Shown here: positions 1 to 8,613 of the stretch, piece by piece
Position numbering within the stretch: the first letter of the stretch is position 1
Layout of the letters: each line of letters opens with the position of its first letter
Position numbers and translations under genes: made by a program
The notes under the pieces: model-generated
Told to the model about the DNA's origin: nothing
Database searches by the model: none
The model's input: the letters and a program-made list of their open reading frames with translations, nothing else
Assembly: GCA_039683575.1 (NCBI GenBank)
Contig: JBDKRC010000204.1
Coordinates: 1-36,510, forward strand
Length of the DNA stretch: 36,510 bases
Reading direction: 5' to 3'
Source: Armatimonadia bacterium
GTDB lineage: Bacteria > Armatimonadota > Zipacnadia > Zipacnadales > UBA11051

Positions 1-1326
1 GTGAGCTTTGGGCTGCAGAAGCTGCTGCGGTTCCAGCACGGCGACGGGGGCTGGCACTGGTGGGAGTTCGATGAGAGCGATCCGTTCATCAGCGCATATG
101 TGGTCTATGGGCTGAAGCTGGCGGATATGAATGGCTACGTGGCAGCGCATGCGGCCATGGTGCGCGGGACCGCGTACTTGCGCGAGGCGCTGAAGGCGGA
201 GCAGTATCGCGACGCGCAGGCGTACCTGCTGTGGGCGCTGGCGTTTGCGGATGTTTGGCCGGAGGCGAAGGACCTGCAGGAGGCGAGCGCGCTGGCGGAG
301 ACCCTGGCGGGGCAGCGGGCGAAGCTGGATATCTTCAGCCGGGCGAGCCTGGCGCTGGCGATGGATAAGCTGGCGGCGGTGAAGGGGCAGGAGGCGGGGA
401 CGCAGGCGAAGCTGGCAGGGCTGGCGCGGACGATTGCCGGGGAGCTTGAGGCAGAGGGCAAGCCGCTCGGAACGGGCGCATACTGGGCGGCGGACGGGCG
501 GTACAAGTACTCGTGGCTGGACAACAATGTGGAAGTCACGAGCCAGGTGCTGACGGCGCTTCTGACGCTCAAGCCCGACAGCCCGAAGATCGTGCCGGCG
601 GTGCAGTGGCTGATGGCGGCGCGGCAGGGCAAGCAGTGGACCTCAACCAAAGACACGGCGGCAGCAGTGCTGGCGCTGACCAAGTACCTGCAGCAGAGCA
701 AGGAACTGCAGCCGAACTATACGGCGAAGGTCTACAGCGGGAACAAGGTCATCAAGGAAATCGTCTTCACACCCGCGGACGCGTTCAAGGACCCGGTGAA
801 GGTGGTTGTGCCGGCGCTTGATATGGGGGCGCTGCGGGTGGCCAAGCAAGGCAACGGCAACCTGTACTACAGCGCACGGTTGAGCTACCTGCTGCCGAGC
901 AAGGATGTTGTGCCGGTGGCGAAGGGGATCACCGTGGAGCGGAAGTACCGGGTGCCGGCGGAGGACCCGTCGGGCGCTGGGACGCTGGAGCCGGGGCAGG
1001 TTGTGTTCGTGAATGTGACCGTGCGGACGGAGGACAATCTGCGGTACGCGCTACTGCAGGAGCCGATTCCGGCGGGGTGTGAGGTTGTGAACACCGAGGA
1101 GGACCGCATCCCCGAGATCGGGGTCGAGCGGCGCGAGGTGTGGGACAACAAGCTGGTGCTGTACTTCAACTACCTGCCGCGCGGCGAGCGGACGTTCACG
1201 TATGTGCTGCGGACCGAGGCGCCGGGGAACTACCGGATCCTGCCGAGCATGGCAGAGCTGATGTACTTCCCGGAGGTGCGGGGGAATGGGAAGCCGGTGC
1301 GGATGCTGGTGGGGGAGGCGGAGTGA
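1..1326 (+). CDS. Alpha-2-macroglobulin family protein, C-terminal part (5' truncated by window)
   Basis: FQHGDGGWHWW and W-x-STKDT helical-domain motifs; C-terminal EPIPAGCE...YVLRTEAPGNYRILPSMAELMYFPEVRG typical of bacterial A2M. Thioester CxEQ not in window. Confidence 0.9.
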   Translation: MSFGLQKLLRFQHGDGGWHWWEFDESDPFISAYVVYGLKLADMNGYVAAHAAMVRGTAYLREALKAEQYRDAQAYLLWALAFADVWPEAKDLQEASALAETLAGQRAKLDIFSRASLALAMDKLAAVKGQEAGTQAKLAGLARTIAGELEAEGKPLGTGAYWAADGRYKYSWLDNNVEVTSQVLTALLTLKPDSPKIVPAVQWLMAARQGKQWTSTKDTAAAVLALTKYLQQSKELQPNYTAKVYSGNKVIKEIVFTPADAFKDPVKVVVPALDMGALRVAKQGNGNLYYSARLSYLLPSKDVVPVAKGITVERKYRVPAEDPSGAGTLEPGQVVFVNVTVRTEDNLRYALLQEPIPAGCEVVNTEEDRIPEIGVERREVWDNKLVLYFNYLPRGERTFTYVLRTEAPGNYRILPSMAELMYFPEVRGNGKPVRMLVGEAE

Positions 1327-1340
1327 CGGGAGAAAAGGCA

Positions 1341-1403
1341 TACAGGATGTACAGGATGAAGGCAAGGATGGACAGGATATAAGGATGTGAGGATGGGGAG
1401 GAT
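1341..1403. repeat. Degenerate (AC)AGGAT short tandem repeat, seven AGGAT cores
   Basis: tacaggatg tacaggatg ... aggatg gacaggat ataaggatg tgaggatg gggaggat directly after the A2M stop codon. Confidence 0.7.
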
Positions 1404-1449
1404 TTTGGCGATCTTAGGCCAGGCGACATTCTCCGCATGGAGGTCTGTG

Positions 1450-2001
1450 ATGCGCCCCGTAATACCAGTCCTGTTGGGCCTCATACTGTTGTTGATGGCT
1501 GCGTTCGCGATTCGACAGGTCTCACGTAGGGCCCCGGGCAGCGACAAGGCAAGCGAGACCAAGGCTCTGCCGGAGCCCGCTAAGACAGTACCGACACCGG
1601 CAAAGGCAAGCCAGCCTCCCGCCAAACGCAGCCCTGCGGAAATGGTTGTACAGTTGTACGGAGATGAGACAACGTCGAACGGAACACTGATATCAGACGT
1701 CTGGGCAGCGGTGGTATCCGACGGCAAGGACAAGCGCAAGATTGTCGTTGAGCCGGTATTGCTCCCGGTGTCGCCCAGCCCGACCCGGAAGAAGATGGTC
1801 GAAAGCTTCGGCGAACCCACCACGTATTCAGACAAGGTTGTGCCGGGGCTGATGATGGCGAAAGGAGACGGCAGCAAGTCTAGCGAGCTCAAGGCCCACA
1901 TGGCCTGGTATGGTGCGATAGGCTTTGGTCTTACGTCGGACTCACCCGACGCGTCAGTGATAGCACTTGCGTACGATCCGACGAAGGACGCCGCCAAGTA
2001 G
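1450..2001 (+). CDS. Hypothetical membrane-anchored or exported protein
   Basis: ATG 1450 preceded by GGAGG; N-terminal hydrophobic segment (VIPVLLGLILLLMAAFAI), then Pro/Ala/Lys linker and a globular domain. Confidence 0.65.
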   Translation: MRPVIPVLLGLILLLMAAFAIRQVSRRAPGSDKASETKALPEPAKTVPTPAKASQPPAKRSPAEMVVQLYGDETTSNGTLISDVWAAVVSDGKDKRKIVVEPVLLPVSPSPTRKKMVESFGEPTTYSDKVVPGLMMAKGDGSKSSELKAHMAWYGAIGFGLTSDSPDASVIALAYDPTKDAAK

Positions 2002-2049
2002 AACGCTACGCCAGCCCACAAGCAAGCAGAGGGGGCTGCTGATAAGGTC

Positions 2050-2598
2050 ATGGGAGGTCGGATTTTGGCTGCCGGGCGCGGATTGGCGACTCGTCTGATC
2101 CTGATCGCCGTGCTGGTGGCGTCGGTGACAGCCTGCGCGGCTGACACGGACGATCCTCGCCCGGCCCCCCAAGCCGGCCAGAGCGTGTCCGACTTCCCCC
2201 TCTTCGATATGGATGGCAAGCTCCACCGGCTCTCGGATTACCGGGAGCCGGTGATTGTCATCAACTTCTGGGCGTTTTGGTGTGACACCTGGCAGAAGCA
2301 GCTTGGGCAGCTCCGGGAGCTGGCGCGGCAGCAGGAGGAGTTGGGGTTCCGGCTGATTGTGGTGAGTGTGGACGGGCAGTGGTCGGATATGCAGAAGGCG
2401 CATTTGCGGCGGATCAGAGAGGAGGGGGAGCTGGGGTTCCCGGTGCTGCTGGACGGACAGAAGGTGCTGGCAGGGCGGCTTGGTTTGCGGCGGGTGCCGA
2501 CGGTGATGGTGCTGGATAGGGGGAGAAGGGTGCGGTGGGTGCATGAGGCCTATCCGGGGAATCCGGCGGTGTTGGGGGCGGTGAGGAAGGCGTTCTGA
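2050..2598 (+). CDS. TlpA/redoxin (thioredoxin-fold) family protein, probable lipoprotein, with atypical CxxW site
   Basis: DFPLFDMDGK..LSDYR..VINFWAFWCDTW, VSVD, FPVLLD, VPT (cis-Pro) motifs; lipobox-like VTAC. Start may be TTG 2083. Confidence 0.85.
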   Translation: MGGRILAAGRGLATRLILIAVLVASVTACAADTDDPRPAPQAGQSVSDFPLFDMDGKLHRLSDYREPVIVINFWAFWCDTWQKQLGQLRELARQQEELGFRLIVVSVDGQWSDMQKAHLRRIREEGELGFPVLLDGQKVLAGRLGLRRVPTVMVLDRGRRVRWVHEAYPGNPAVLGAVRKAF

Positions 2599-2626
2599 GT
2601 CTTACGTCCTACGTCTTAGGTCTTAC
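2599..2626. repeat. Heptamer tandem repeat (GTCTTAC)x4
   Basis: gtcttac gtcctac gtcttag gtcttac. Confidence 0.75.
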
Positions 2627-2630
2627 GGCG

Positions 2631-2657
2631 GGGGCCGGATGCTTCGCATTCGGCCCC
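2631..2657. terminator. GC-rich hairpin between convergent genes, probable terminator
   Basis: ggggccggatgc-ttc-gcattcggcccc; no clear U tract. Confidence 0.5.
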
Positions 2658-2681
2658 TCCGGATTAGTGGCCGCATTCCAC

Positions 2682-2716
2682 CCCGATTCCCGATTCCCCC
2701 AATCCCGATTCCCGAC
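2682..2716. repeat. Heptamer tandem repeat (CCCGATT)x~5
   Basis: cccgatt cccgatt c ccccaat cccgatt cccgac immediately after the htpX stop. Confidence 0.75.
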
Positions 2717-2717
2717 C

Positions 2718-3575
2718 CTAGTAGTTGCCGCTGCGGGCCATTTCCTGCAGGCGGGCTATGCGCTCTTCCATTGGCGGGTGGGTGGCGAAGAGGCTGGCCA
2801 TGGAGCGGCCCTTGAGCGGGCTGACGATGAACATGTGCGCGGTCGCGGGGCTGGCCTGTTCCATGGGGCGGTACTCGACCCCGCGCTCTAACTTGGCGAG
2901 GGCGTTCGCGAGGCTCATGGGGTTGCCGGAAAGGTGGGCGCCACTGGCGTCAGCCTGGTACTCGCGGGAGCGCGAGATTGCCATTTGAATGAGCAGTGCC
3001 GCAATCGGGGCGATGATGAGCATGGCGATGGCGCCGAGGCCGCCACCGTCGCGGTCGCGACTGCTGCCGCCGCCGTAGAACATGGTGCTGAAGGCGAAGA
3101 TGCGCACGAGCACCATCAGGGCACCGGCGAGCGTGGCCGCGATGGCCGAGATCAGGATGTCACGATTGCGCACGTGCGATAGCTCGTGGGCGATTACCCC
3201 CTCCAGTTCCTCCTCATTGAGTATCTGCATGATCCCGCTGGTCACGGCGACCGCCGCGTGCGAGGGGTTGCGCCCTGTCGCGAAGGCGTTGGGCGAGTCC
3301 GTGGGGATGATGTAGACCTTCGGCATGGGAAGGTTGCCGCGGTCGGCCAGGCGGCGGACGATGCGGTAGAGGGCAGGGGCGGTGGTCTCGTCCACGGGCT
3401 GGGCGCGGTACATGGCGAGGACGATCTTGTCGGAGAACCAGTAGCTGATGAGGTTCATCCCGGCAGCGAGGACGAGGGCAATGTACATGCCCTGGCGGCC
3501 GCCGATCTGGTCGCCGACGAAGATGAAGAGGCCTGTGAGCAGGCCCATTAGCAAGACGGTTTTGACGAAGTTCAT
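2718..3575 (-). CDS. htpX: Zinc metalloprotease HtpX (peptidase M48)
   Basis: [15 protein letters not shown] (HExxH), [21 protein letters not shown] motifs; two N-terminal TM helices. Confidence 0.97.
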   Translation of the reverse strand: MNFVKTVLLMGLLTGLFIFVGDQIGGRQGMYIALVLAAGMNLISYWFSDKIVLAMYRAQPVDETTAPALYRIVRRLADRGNLPMPKVYIIPTDSPNAFATGRNPSHAAVAVTSGIMQILNEEELEGVIAHELSHVRNRDILISAIAATLAGALMVLVRIFAFSTMFYGGGSSRDRDGGGLGAIAMLIIAPIAALLIQMAISRSREYQADASGAHLSGNPMSLANALAKLERGVEYRPMEQASPATAHMFIVSPLKGRSMASLFATHPPMEERIARLQEMARSGNY

Positions 3576-3682
3576 GGTGATTCGATGTCTACCAGGCGTG
3601 TTTGTATCAGGGACGTCCAGTAGTATTCAACGGTTTGACGGGAGGGAATGCCTCCCCAAGCAGTCAGAGCGCCAAGCTATCC

Positions 3683-3750
3683 GTCATCCTGAACGCAGTG
3701 AAGGATCTCCGACGCAGATGCCGGCGATCCTTCACTGCGTTCAGGATGAC
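3683..3750. repeat. REP-like inverted repeat, family C (GTCATCCTGAAC...GGATC)
   Basis: Perfect 25-bp arms: gtcatcctgaacgcagtgaaggatc (3683-3707) and gatccttcactgcgttcaggatgac (3726-3750). Confidence 0.9.
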
Positions 3751-3772
3751 AATTATCGTCGCTACGAACGCC

Positions 3773-5002
3773 CTACCAGTCCCAGTCCGGGTTGGGGGAG
3801 GGGACGCGGATGGTGGCGTCGAGGGCCTCGAGGAGGTCCTGGGGGGCCTCGAGGTCGTCGGTGTACGCGAGGCCGGTGGCGGGTAAGACGCCCAGCCAGA
3901 GGCGCGTGAAGGCGTTGACCGTGGTGGTGAGGGTCGGGAGAGTGGCGTCATGGCCGGATTCGGCGCCGGAGTCGGGGCCGAGGGTGTCCACGTAGTCGCC
4001 GGCAACGCCGCGCCACGGGCGGTCCTCGTCGAGATAGCACTCGATGGGGTCAGAGAGCTTAAGGTTGAAGCGCGTCTCGCCCCACGGGAGGTGGGTCTTG
4101 GCGAGGCAGCCGGGCAGGTCGCAAAGGCGCATCTGCCACCAGGCGTAGACGCTGTTTCTGATCTCGTGGTCGCCGCCGCTCATGCGGTGAGTGCGGAAGG
4201 GCTGGTGAACGAGGTCCTGAAGCTGCACGCCGGGCGGCTCGGGGATGTTCACGACATAGACCTGATCGCCGAGGGTCTTGAGGACCGCCATTAGCTCCAG
4301 GAACTGCTCGCGGGTGCGATAGACCAGGTACTTGACGAAGTAGGGCCCATTTTCAACGCTGTCGGCAGAGCACCAGAGCAGGTGTGAGAAACCGCCGCCG
4401 GCGTCGTCGCGATAGCCGAGGCCGAAATGGTGGTTGCCCCAGTGCATGCGGGTAAGGGTGATCTCCGGCGGGAAGAGGTTGGAGGAGCCGTGGGTGCGGC
4501 GGCGGCTCAGGCGAGCGGTGTGAAGCTCCTGCCAGTCGTCGAGACCGAGACGCTCAGGGACCCGCGCGCGCTCTTTGACCAGGAGGTTCTGGACCGGGAT
4601 GGCAATGGTCTGCGAGTACGAGCCGCTGCCGAAGCCGAGTTGGTTATAGTAGCCCTGGTCGAACATGCCCAGGCCGCAAAGAAGGGCGCCGGAAGCGACT
4701 TCCTCGGCGATGGCGTGAGCAGTGAGGCGCCCGGCGAGGCCCTGCTTGCGGCCAAGGCGACTGGTGGTGACGCCGGTGATGCAGCCGAAGGGGAGTAGCT
4801 CGTCGAGATACTGAATATCGCCGGGAGTGGCCATGACGAGGCATTCAGGCCCGCCATTGAGATCGGCGACCCAACCGCGGCCGGAGCGGCTGAAGACCAC
4901 GTCCATCTGGTCCTCGGTCTCCTTGTCGATCCAGCCGACTTCCTGCCAGATGCGCCAGGCGGCGTGTTTGTCACGGGTTGAGTCGTAGGGGCGGGCGTTC
5001 AT
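3773..5002 (-). CDS. GNAT family N-acetyltransferase (Eis-like architecture, C-terminal SCP-like domain)
   Basis: ITGVTTSRLGRKQGLAGRL acetyl-CoA motif A and YYNQLGF. Start MNARPY at 5002 with GGAG; the longer ORF-track start runs through REP elements. Confidence 0.8.
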   Translation of the reverse strand: MNARPYDSTRDKHAAWRIWQEVGWIDKETEDQMDVVFSRSGRGWVADLNGGPECLVMATPGDIQYLDELLPFGCITGVTTSRLGRKQGLAGRLTAHAIAEEVASGALLCGLGMFDQGYYNQLGFGSGSYSQTIAIPVQNLLVKERARVPERLGLDDWQELHTARLSRRRTHGSSNLFPPEITLTRMHWGNHHFGLGYRDDAGGGFSHLLWCSADSVENGPYFVKYLVYRTREQFLELMAVLKTLGDQVYVVNIPEPPGVQLQDLVHQPFRTHRMSGGDHEIRNSVYAWWQMRLCDLPGCLAKTHLPWGETRFNLKLSDPIECYLDEDRPWRGVAGDYVDTLGPDSGAESGHDATLPTLTTTVNAFTRLWLGVLPATGLAYTDDLEAPQDLLEALDATIRVPSPNPDWDW

Positions 5003-5040
5003 GGGCAGGCTCCGTGAAAGGTCTGGCAGGCAACTACCAC

Positions 5041-5154
5041 GCGTAGGTGGGTTCGTCTCGAACCCACGTCGTGAGAGGTCGTGCGGCCGGTGGTGTGGGT
5101 GCGAGACGCACCCACCTACGCGGCATTGTGGGTGCGAGAGGCACCCACCTACGC
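5041..5154. repeat. GTAG-type REP cluster, family D (three 27-nt units: one forward, two inverted in tandem)
   Basis: gcgtaggtgggttcgtctcgaacccac (5041-5067); gtgggtgcgagacgcacccacctacgc (5095-5121); gtgggtgcgagaggcacccacctacgc (5128-5154). Confidence 0.9.
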
Positions 5155-5265
5155 TATCAAGGGCAGGTTCCATATAGACTGCCCAAGGTCCTGCATAAGG
5201 CAGGAGGCTTCGCCCTGGGCGCGGAAGGGTATGGGCATACTTAGAGAAGGATCGGGACTATCAAA

Positions 5266-6300
5266 ATGTATCGTGCACTTGTTCTCGGCTGCGGGGCTCG
5301 CGCTCATTGTCATGCCCGGGTGTATCCGGTGGAAGGCATTGAGATTGTCGCCTGTTGCGACATTGACGCGGAACGGCGGGAGGCGTTTGCGAAGACTTAT
5401 GGCATCCCAGCGACCTATGACGACTATGAGAAGGCGCTGGCGGAGGTGCAGCCGGAGGTGGTGCATATCGTCACCAACCCGGTGCGGCGGGTGTGGGAGG
5501 CGGAGACGACCGCGAAGGCGGGGGTCAAGGTGATGATACTGGAGAAGCCGATTGCGGTGCGGCCGGGGGACCTGCGGGGGCTGGCTGAGGTGCGGAACAA
5601 GTATGACATGGAGATCATCACGAACTCGCAGCGGCGGTGCTTCCCGGAGACCACCGACGGCGTGCTGCATGAGGTCATTCGCGAGAAGCTGGGCGAACTG
5701 TACTTCGTGCGCTGCTCGACGCGGGGTAACCTCATGGGCATGGGGCCGCACCTGATGGACTGGCTGCTGGGCTTCCTGGGCGATCCGGAGCCGGAGGCGG
5801 TATGGGCGAATGGGTCGGGCAGGAGCACGGAAGGGTACCAGGCGACCCATATCGCGCCGGAGCATGTGCTGGCGGAGTACTGGTTCCCCGGAGACGTGCG
5901 GGTGGTGTTTGACTGCGACCCCGACGCGCTGGGCACGCCGAAGGACCCGAAGGGGTTCAACTGTCACCTGGACTTTCTGGGTAGCCGCGGGCGGCTGTAT
6001 ATCAGCCAGATCGGCAGCTACTTCTACCAGACCGAGGGAATGGCCGAGCCGGTGCGGCACACGGCGGATGAGAACAACCACGATATCGGCCAGCGGGAGT
6101 TGACACGGAAGGTGGTGGAGATGCTGGCGGACGGAACGCCCCACCCGTTGCGGTTTGAGGTGGGCGAGCGCAACTTCCGGGCGCTGTTTGCGGCGGAGCA
6201 GTCCATGTGGGAAGGGCGGCGGATAGAGCTGCCGGCGCGGTTTGAGGACGAGGACTGGGAGAAGCTGATCAAGAGGCTGGAGGCGGGGGCCGCAAGCTAA
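5266..6300 (+). CDS. Gfo/Idh/MocA family oxidoreductase
   Basis: N-terminal Rossmann LGCGARA, VACCDID, ILEKPIA, GPHLMD. Confidence 0.92.
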   Translation: MYRALVLGCGARAHCHARVYPVEGIEIVACCDIDAERREAFAKTYGIPATYDDYEKALAEVQPEVVHIVTNPVRRVWEAETTAKAGVKVMILEKPIAVRPGDLRGLAEVRNKYDMEIITNSQRRCFPETTDGVLHEVIREKLGELYFVRCSTRGNLMGMGPHLMDWLLGFLGDPEPEAVWANGSGRSTEGYQATHIAPEHVLAEYWFPGDVRVVFDCDPDALGTPKDPKGFNCHLDFLGSRGRLYISQIGSYFYQTEGMAEPVRHTADENNHDIGQRELTRKVVEMLADGTPHPLRFEVGERNFRALFAAEQSMWEGRRIELPARFEDEDWEKLIKRLEAGAAS

Positions 6301-6308
6301 CGAGGCTT

Positions 6309-6385
6309 GTCATGCTGAACGAAGTGAAGCATCTCCGGCGAAGGGGATCCTTCGCGCCGCACGCGGACGTGCGACGCTCAGGATG
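6309..6385. repeat. Degenerate family C REP with an inserted mini-hairpin
   Basis: gtcatgctgaacgaagtgaagcatct ... gatccttcgcg[ccgcacgcggacgtgcgac]gctcaggatg; resembles 3683-3750. Confidence 0.75.
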
Positions 6386-6537
6386 CCAACTACTACGGTC
6401 ATGCCAGCCCGAGATTCGACACCGGGGCGCGCTTTACCGGTAGCAGTACTCTCGACAGCCATGCGGCGAAGTGCGATTACTCGTGCAGCGGGGATTTCAG
6501 GCTGATCCCGAGGCCGTAAAGGCCGCGGGTCATATGC

Positions 6538-6587
6538 AAAAAGAAAGGGGCTGGAGGTCGCGATTGACGCGGCCCTCCAGCCCCTTT
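6538..6587 (-). terminator. Intrinsic terminator of the minus-strand cluster (possibly bidirectional)
   Basis: aaaggggctggagg...cctccagcccctt stem; on the minus strand followed by tttcttttt. Confidence 0.8.
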
Positions 6588-6605
6588 GATTCTGTGCGGT
6601 TGGCG

Positions 6606-8402
6606 TCAGTTGCCCGGCGGGGCCGGCGGTAGCTCCACCCTGGGCTGCTCTAGCCCCAGCAGCACCATCGCTTCGTCCACCAGTTTCTCCGACGCGTCGA
6701 GCTTCTTGTCGTACAGCGCCTTGCGGGCCTCGGCGAAGAGCCGGTCGACCTCGGCGCTGTCTTTCCCCTCGGTTTCCCACTGACGCAGGACCGGCGAGGA
6801 TTTCAGCATCTTGGCGCGGATGCGCTCGCCCTGGTCCTTAGGCCACTGCTGCTCGGCCTGAGCGGGCGTCTCGGGCTTGGGGCGCTCGAGGACGGCGCGC
6901 AGGATATCGCGGATGATCTGCACGCGGTCGCGCTTGTATTCCTCGTCAGTCAGCGAGCGAACCCGGTCGAGAACCGCGCCGACGCGGTCGCGCACGATGG
7001 CCATCATGCTCCGGCGCTCTTCAGGGGTGAGCTGTCCGGGCCGCTGCTGTCCGGGGCGCAGACCCTGGGCGAGCTTGCCTGCCGCGCCCGGCTTGCGGCC
7101 AACCGGCATCCTGGCGGTAAGCTCCTGGCGGCGGTTAGCGACGATCTGCAGATCGCCGAGGGCGCGGTCCACCATGGGCTTGAGCAGGTCGGGCTTCTCG
7201 GCAGGTGGCTGGCTGCCCAGGATGACCTTACGGGCGCCCACGAGTTGGTCGGTGACATCGCGCAGGTTGTTCTCCTCCGCGGTCATGACACCGAGCAGGG
7301 CACGGACGAAAGGCGCGAGCGGGTTGGCGCGGGATTCCCGTCCCTGTGCGCCGAGGCGGCGCCGGAGCATCGCATCGCGTCCCGGACCGCCGCGGCGTCC
7401 ATGACCGGCCATGCGCGGGGCGCGGGCGACGGCGGCGATTGCCTCATCAAGGTGCTTACCGGCGGAAGCCATGTCGCCGCTCTGGGCCGATTGCTCTGCC
7501 TGTCGCATAAGCCCGTAGACTGCGCGAAGGTCCTTGCCCTGCGCCTCGGCCCTCGCGGCCTGACGCTTGAGTCGCTCGACTTTGCGGCGCAAGTCCCCAC
7601 CAGCGCCACCACCACCGCGGCCGGCCCGGGCTGCGGCTGGCCCGCCGGCTCCCATCATGCGTACCATCTGCAAAAGCTTGGTCTTGACGGAGTCTTCCTG
7701 GTCGAGGCGCGCAGACTCGATGATCTCGTCACGCATCGTGCGCAGGCTGGCGACGTCCTTGCCCTGGTCGCGCATCTCTTTGGCGCGGGCGCACAGCATC
7801 AGGAAGCGACGGAACAGGTCCTGATGCTGTCGGAAGAAGGTCGCGGCATCGGCCGGGAGGTCCTTGAAGGCCTGCTCGGGGATCTTGGCGCCCCCGCCCG
7901 CACCGGCGCCCTCGCCCTGCTGTTTGCTCTGGGTGAGAAGCTTGTTCAGCGACGCGAGCTTTTCGGAGGCATCCGTGGCGCGTCCGGCGGTGAGGTCGCC
8001 CTGAATGGCCGCTATCTGGGCGCTCAGTTCAGGCGGGGCGCCGGCACCGATAAGGGCCACAGCCTGATCTGTGGCATTGGCAATCGCAGCCTTCTCGCGG
8101 TACAGCTTGACGGCGAAGGCCGTGGCGGCGACGACGGCGATTGCGAGGAAGATCACGACCAGGCTGGTGATGACTGAGTGCGAGGGGGCGGCGCGGTGCT
8201 CCGGCTGTGGCTGCAGGTCCGGCGTCGGCGGCCAATCGGAGAGGCCAAAGGCGGTCACAGGGTGGGGCTCAGCGTCTTCGGGCTCTTCCAGCAGCGGAAG
8301 ATCGTCCTCCTCCGTGTTGGACTCGACTTCACGGGCGAGAGGTTGCTCTTCGGTATGGTCTTCCGGGCGCTGGAGGTCGTCCCCCGGGGGTTCGATGGTC
8401 AC
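6606..8402 (-). CDS. Hypothetical single-pass membrane protein, helical/coiled-coil
   Basis: GTG 8402 preceded by GAAAGGA; acidic Pro-rich N-terminus, TM VITSLVVIFLAIAVVAATAFAV, repeated helical units containing xGKD. Confidence 0.75.
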   Translation of the reverse strand: MTIEPPGDDLQRPEDHTEEQPLAREVESNTEEDDLPLLEEPEDAEPHPVTAFGLSDWPPTPDLQPQPEHRAAPSHSVITSLVVIFLAIAVVAATAFAVKLYREKAAIANATDQAVALIGAGAPPELSAQIAAIQGDLTAGRATDASEKLASLNKLLTQSKQQGEGAGAGGGAKIPEQAFKDLPADAATFFRQHQDLFRRFLMLCARAKEMRDQGKDVASLRTMRDEIIESARLDQEDSVKTKLLQMVRMMGAGGPAAARAGRGGGGAGGDLRRKVERLKRQAARAEAQGKDLRAVYGLMRQAEQSAQSGDMASAGKHLDEAIAAVARAPRMAGHGRRGGPGRDAMLRRRLGAQGRESRANPLAPFVRALLGVMTAEENNLRDVTDQLVGARKVILGSQPPAEKPDLLKPMVDRALGDLQIVANRRQELTARMPVGRKPGAAGKLAQGLRPGQQRPGQLTPEERRSMMAIVRDRVGAVLDRVRSLTDEEYKRDRVQIIRDILRAVLERPKPETPAQAEQQWPKDQGERIRAKMLKSSPVLRQWETEGKDSAEVDRLFAEARKALYDKKLDASEKLVDEAMVLLGLEQPRVELPPAPPGN

Positions 8403-8479
8403 AGGTTGAGTCCTTTCTGAGGCCGGAGCCCGACACGAATGTCGGGCGTACATTGGCGCTAGAAGCAAAAATGTGGGCC

Positions 8480-8576
8480 GTAGGGCGTAGCGACGTCTGC
8501 GTCGCAGGCGGCTCGTACCCCGCCGGCCGCTATCCATGACTACCCGAGCGGCGGGGTACGAGCCCCCGCCCTACAG
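8480..8576. repeat. GTAG-type REPIN, family A copy 1 (with 19-nt hairpin insert)
   Basis: gtagggcg[tagcgacgtctgcgtcgca]ggcggctcgtaccccgccg-spacer-cggcggggtacgagcccccgccctacag; followed by solo REP ggcgggacgcccgtcctac (8581-8599). Confidence 0.92.
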
Positions 8577-8613
8577 CAGAGGCGGGACGCCCGTCCTACG
8601 AAGTCAGCGTTTG

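Noticed and set aside
2281-2292. Selenocysteine in the redoxin
   Set aside because: The codon is TGG, not TGA, and the frame is open.
5095-5154. Direct repeats as a possible CRISPR array
   Set aside because: Only two 27-nt direct units with a 6-nt gap, plus an inverted third copy and GTAG ends; no spacers and no cas genes.
5003-5173. N-terminal extensions in the ORF track (also 8403-8537, 18381-18827, 25973-26074, 26858-26959)
   Set aside because: They run through REP elements or overlap opposite-strand genes; downstream starts have an RBS and match family N-termini.
6390-6535. Possible riboswitch or sRNA (hairpin cccgaggcc-gtaa-aggccgcggg)
   Set aside because: Lies between convergent gene ends and I cannot match it to a known aptamer consensus; an Rfam scan would settle it.
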